Under the pieces are notes generated by a model. It had not been told where the DNA came from. It saw nothing but the letters and a program-made list of their open reading frames with translations, and made no database searches. From NCBI RefSeq assembly GCF_009834535.1, contig NC_045707.1, forward strand, positions 57,724,001 through 57,788,000: a stretch of 64,000 bases of DNA. Direction: 5' to 3'. Positions within the stretch are counted from its first letter, which is position 1, and the number at the start of each line of letters is the position of its first letter. A program made the position numbers and the translations under genes. Positions 63,644 to 64,000 of this stretch are shown here, piece after piece. This DNA comes from Camelus ferus. Taxonomy: Eukaryota.

Positions 63644-64000
63644 CTGCCAAAACACAAAGATATTTGGAAATTTGTATAGGGTGAGATGATAAATAAATGA
63701 AATTGTGTTTCAGTTCTCTTTGAATTTACTGATTTCTTAGCTCATTTTAGAAATCTTAATCTTAGCAGAAATATATAGGAAACAGCAGGTTATTTATATA
63801 TAAAATATATATTTTTTACATATAAAATATAAACACATGTAAATATACATTTTAAATATATACAACCTTCTATTAATCATATATATGTATATATCCTGCT
63901 ATAAAATCTTAGCAGAAATATATAGGAATGGCAAATTATTTATATTTAAAATATGTAAATATATCCACTTAAAATACATATTTCCACTAAAATTAAGATC

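Noticed and set aside
1..64000. CRISPR arrays, operons or other prokaryotic systems; most short ORF-track entries
   Set aside because: Eukaryotic intron-exon DNA with no regularly spaced repeat-spacer arrays; the remaining short ORFs lack splice context or recognisable domains.

Overview
Mammalian genomic DNA, AT-rich, most likely a camelid (inferred from its tRNA-derived SINEs and cetartiodactyl-type L1 3' ends). It holds two minus-strand multi-exon genes. (1) From 47009 to 63643 lie the last 11 coding exons of otogelin-like (OTOGL): Cys-rich/VWC-like repeats ending in the C-terminal cystine knot (stop at 47009-47011). (2) About 13 kb further downstream is a CpG island (~33860-34330). It is followed by 16 exons (32424 down to 345) that I spliced by hand at canonical AG/GT sites with matching phases. 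They form one uninterrupted 2881-nt (960-codon) reading frame that continues off the left edge. It encodes a signal-peptide-like leader, FN3, FN3, a C-type lectin-like domain and 7 more FN3 repeats. The position is where PTPRQ follows OTOGL in mammals, but none of these exons resembles canonical PTPRQ as I recall it. The best reading is a large, poorly annotated N-terminal extension of the hair-cell phosphatase PTPRQ, or a separate secreted/membrane FN3-CTLD gene. The rest is intronic or intergenic DNA with L1 fragments, LTRs, SINEs and microsatellites.
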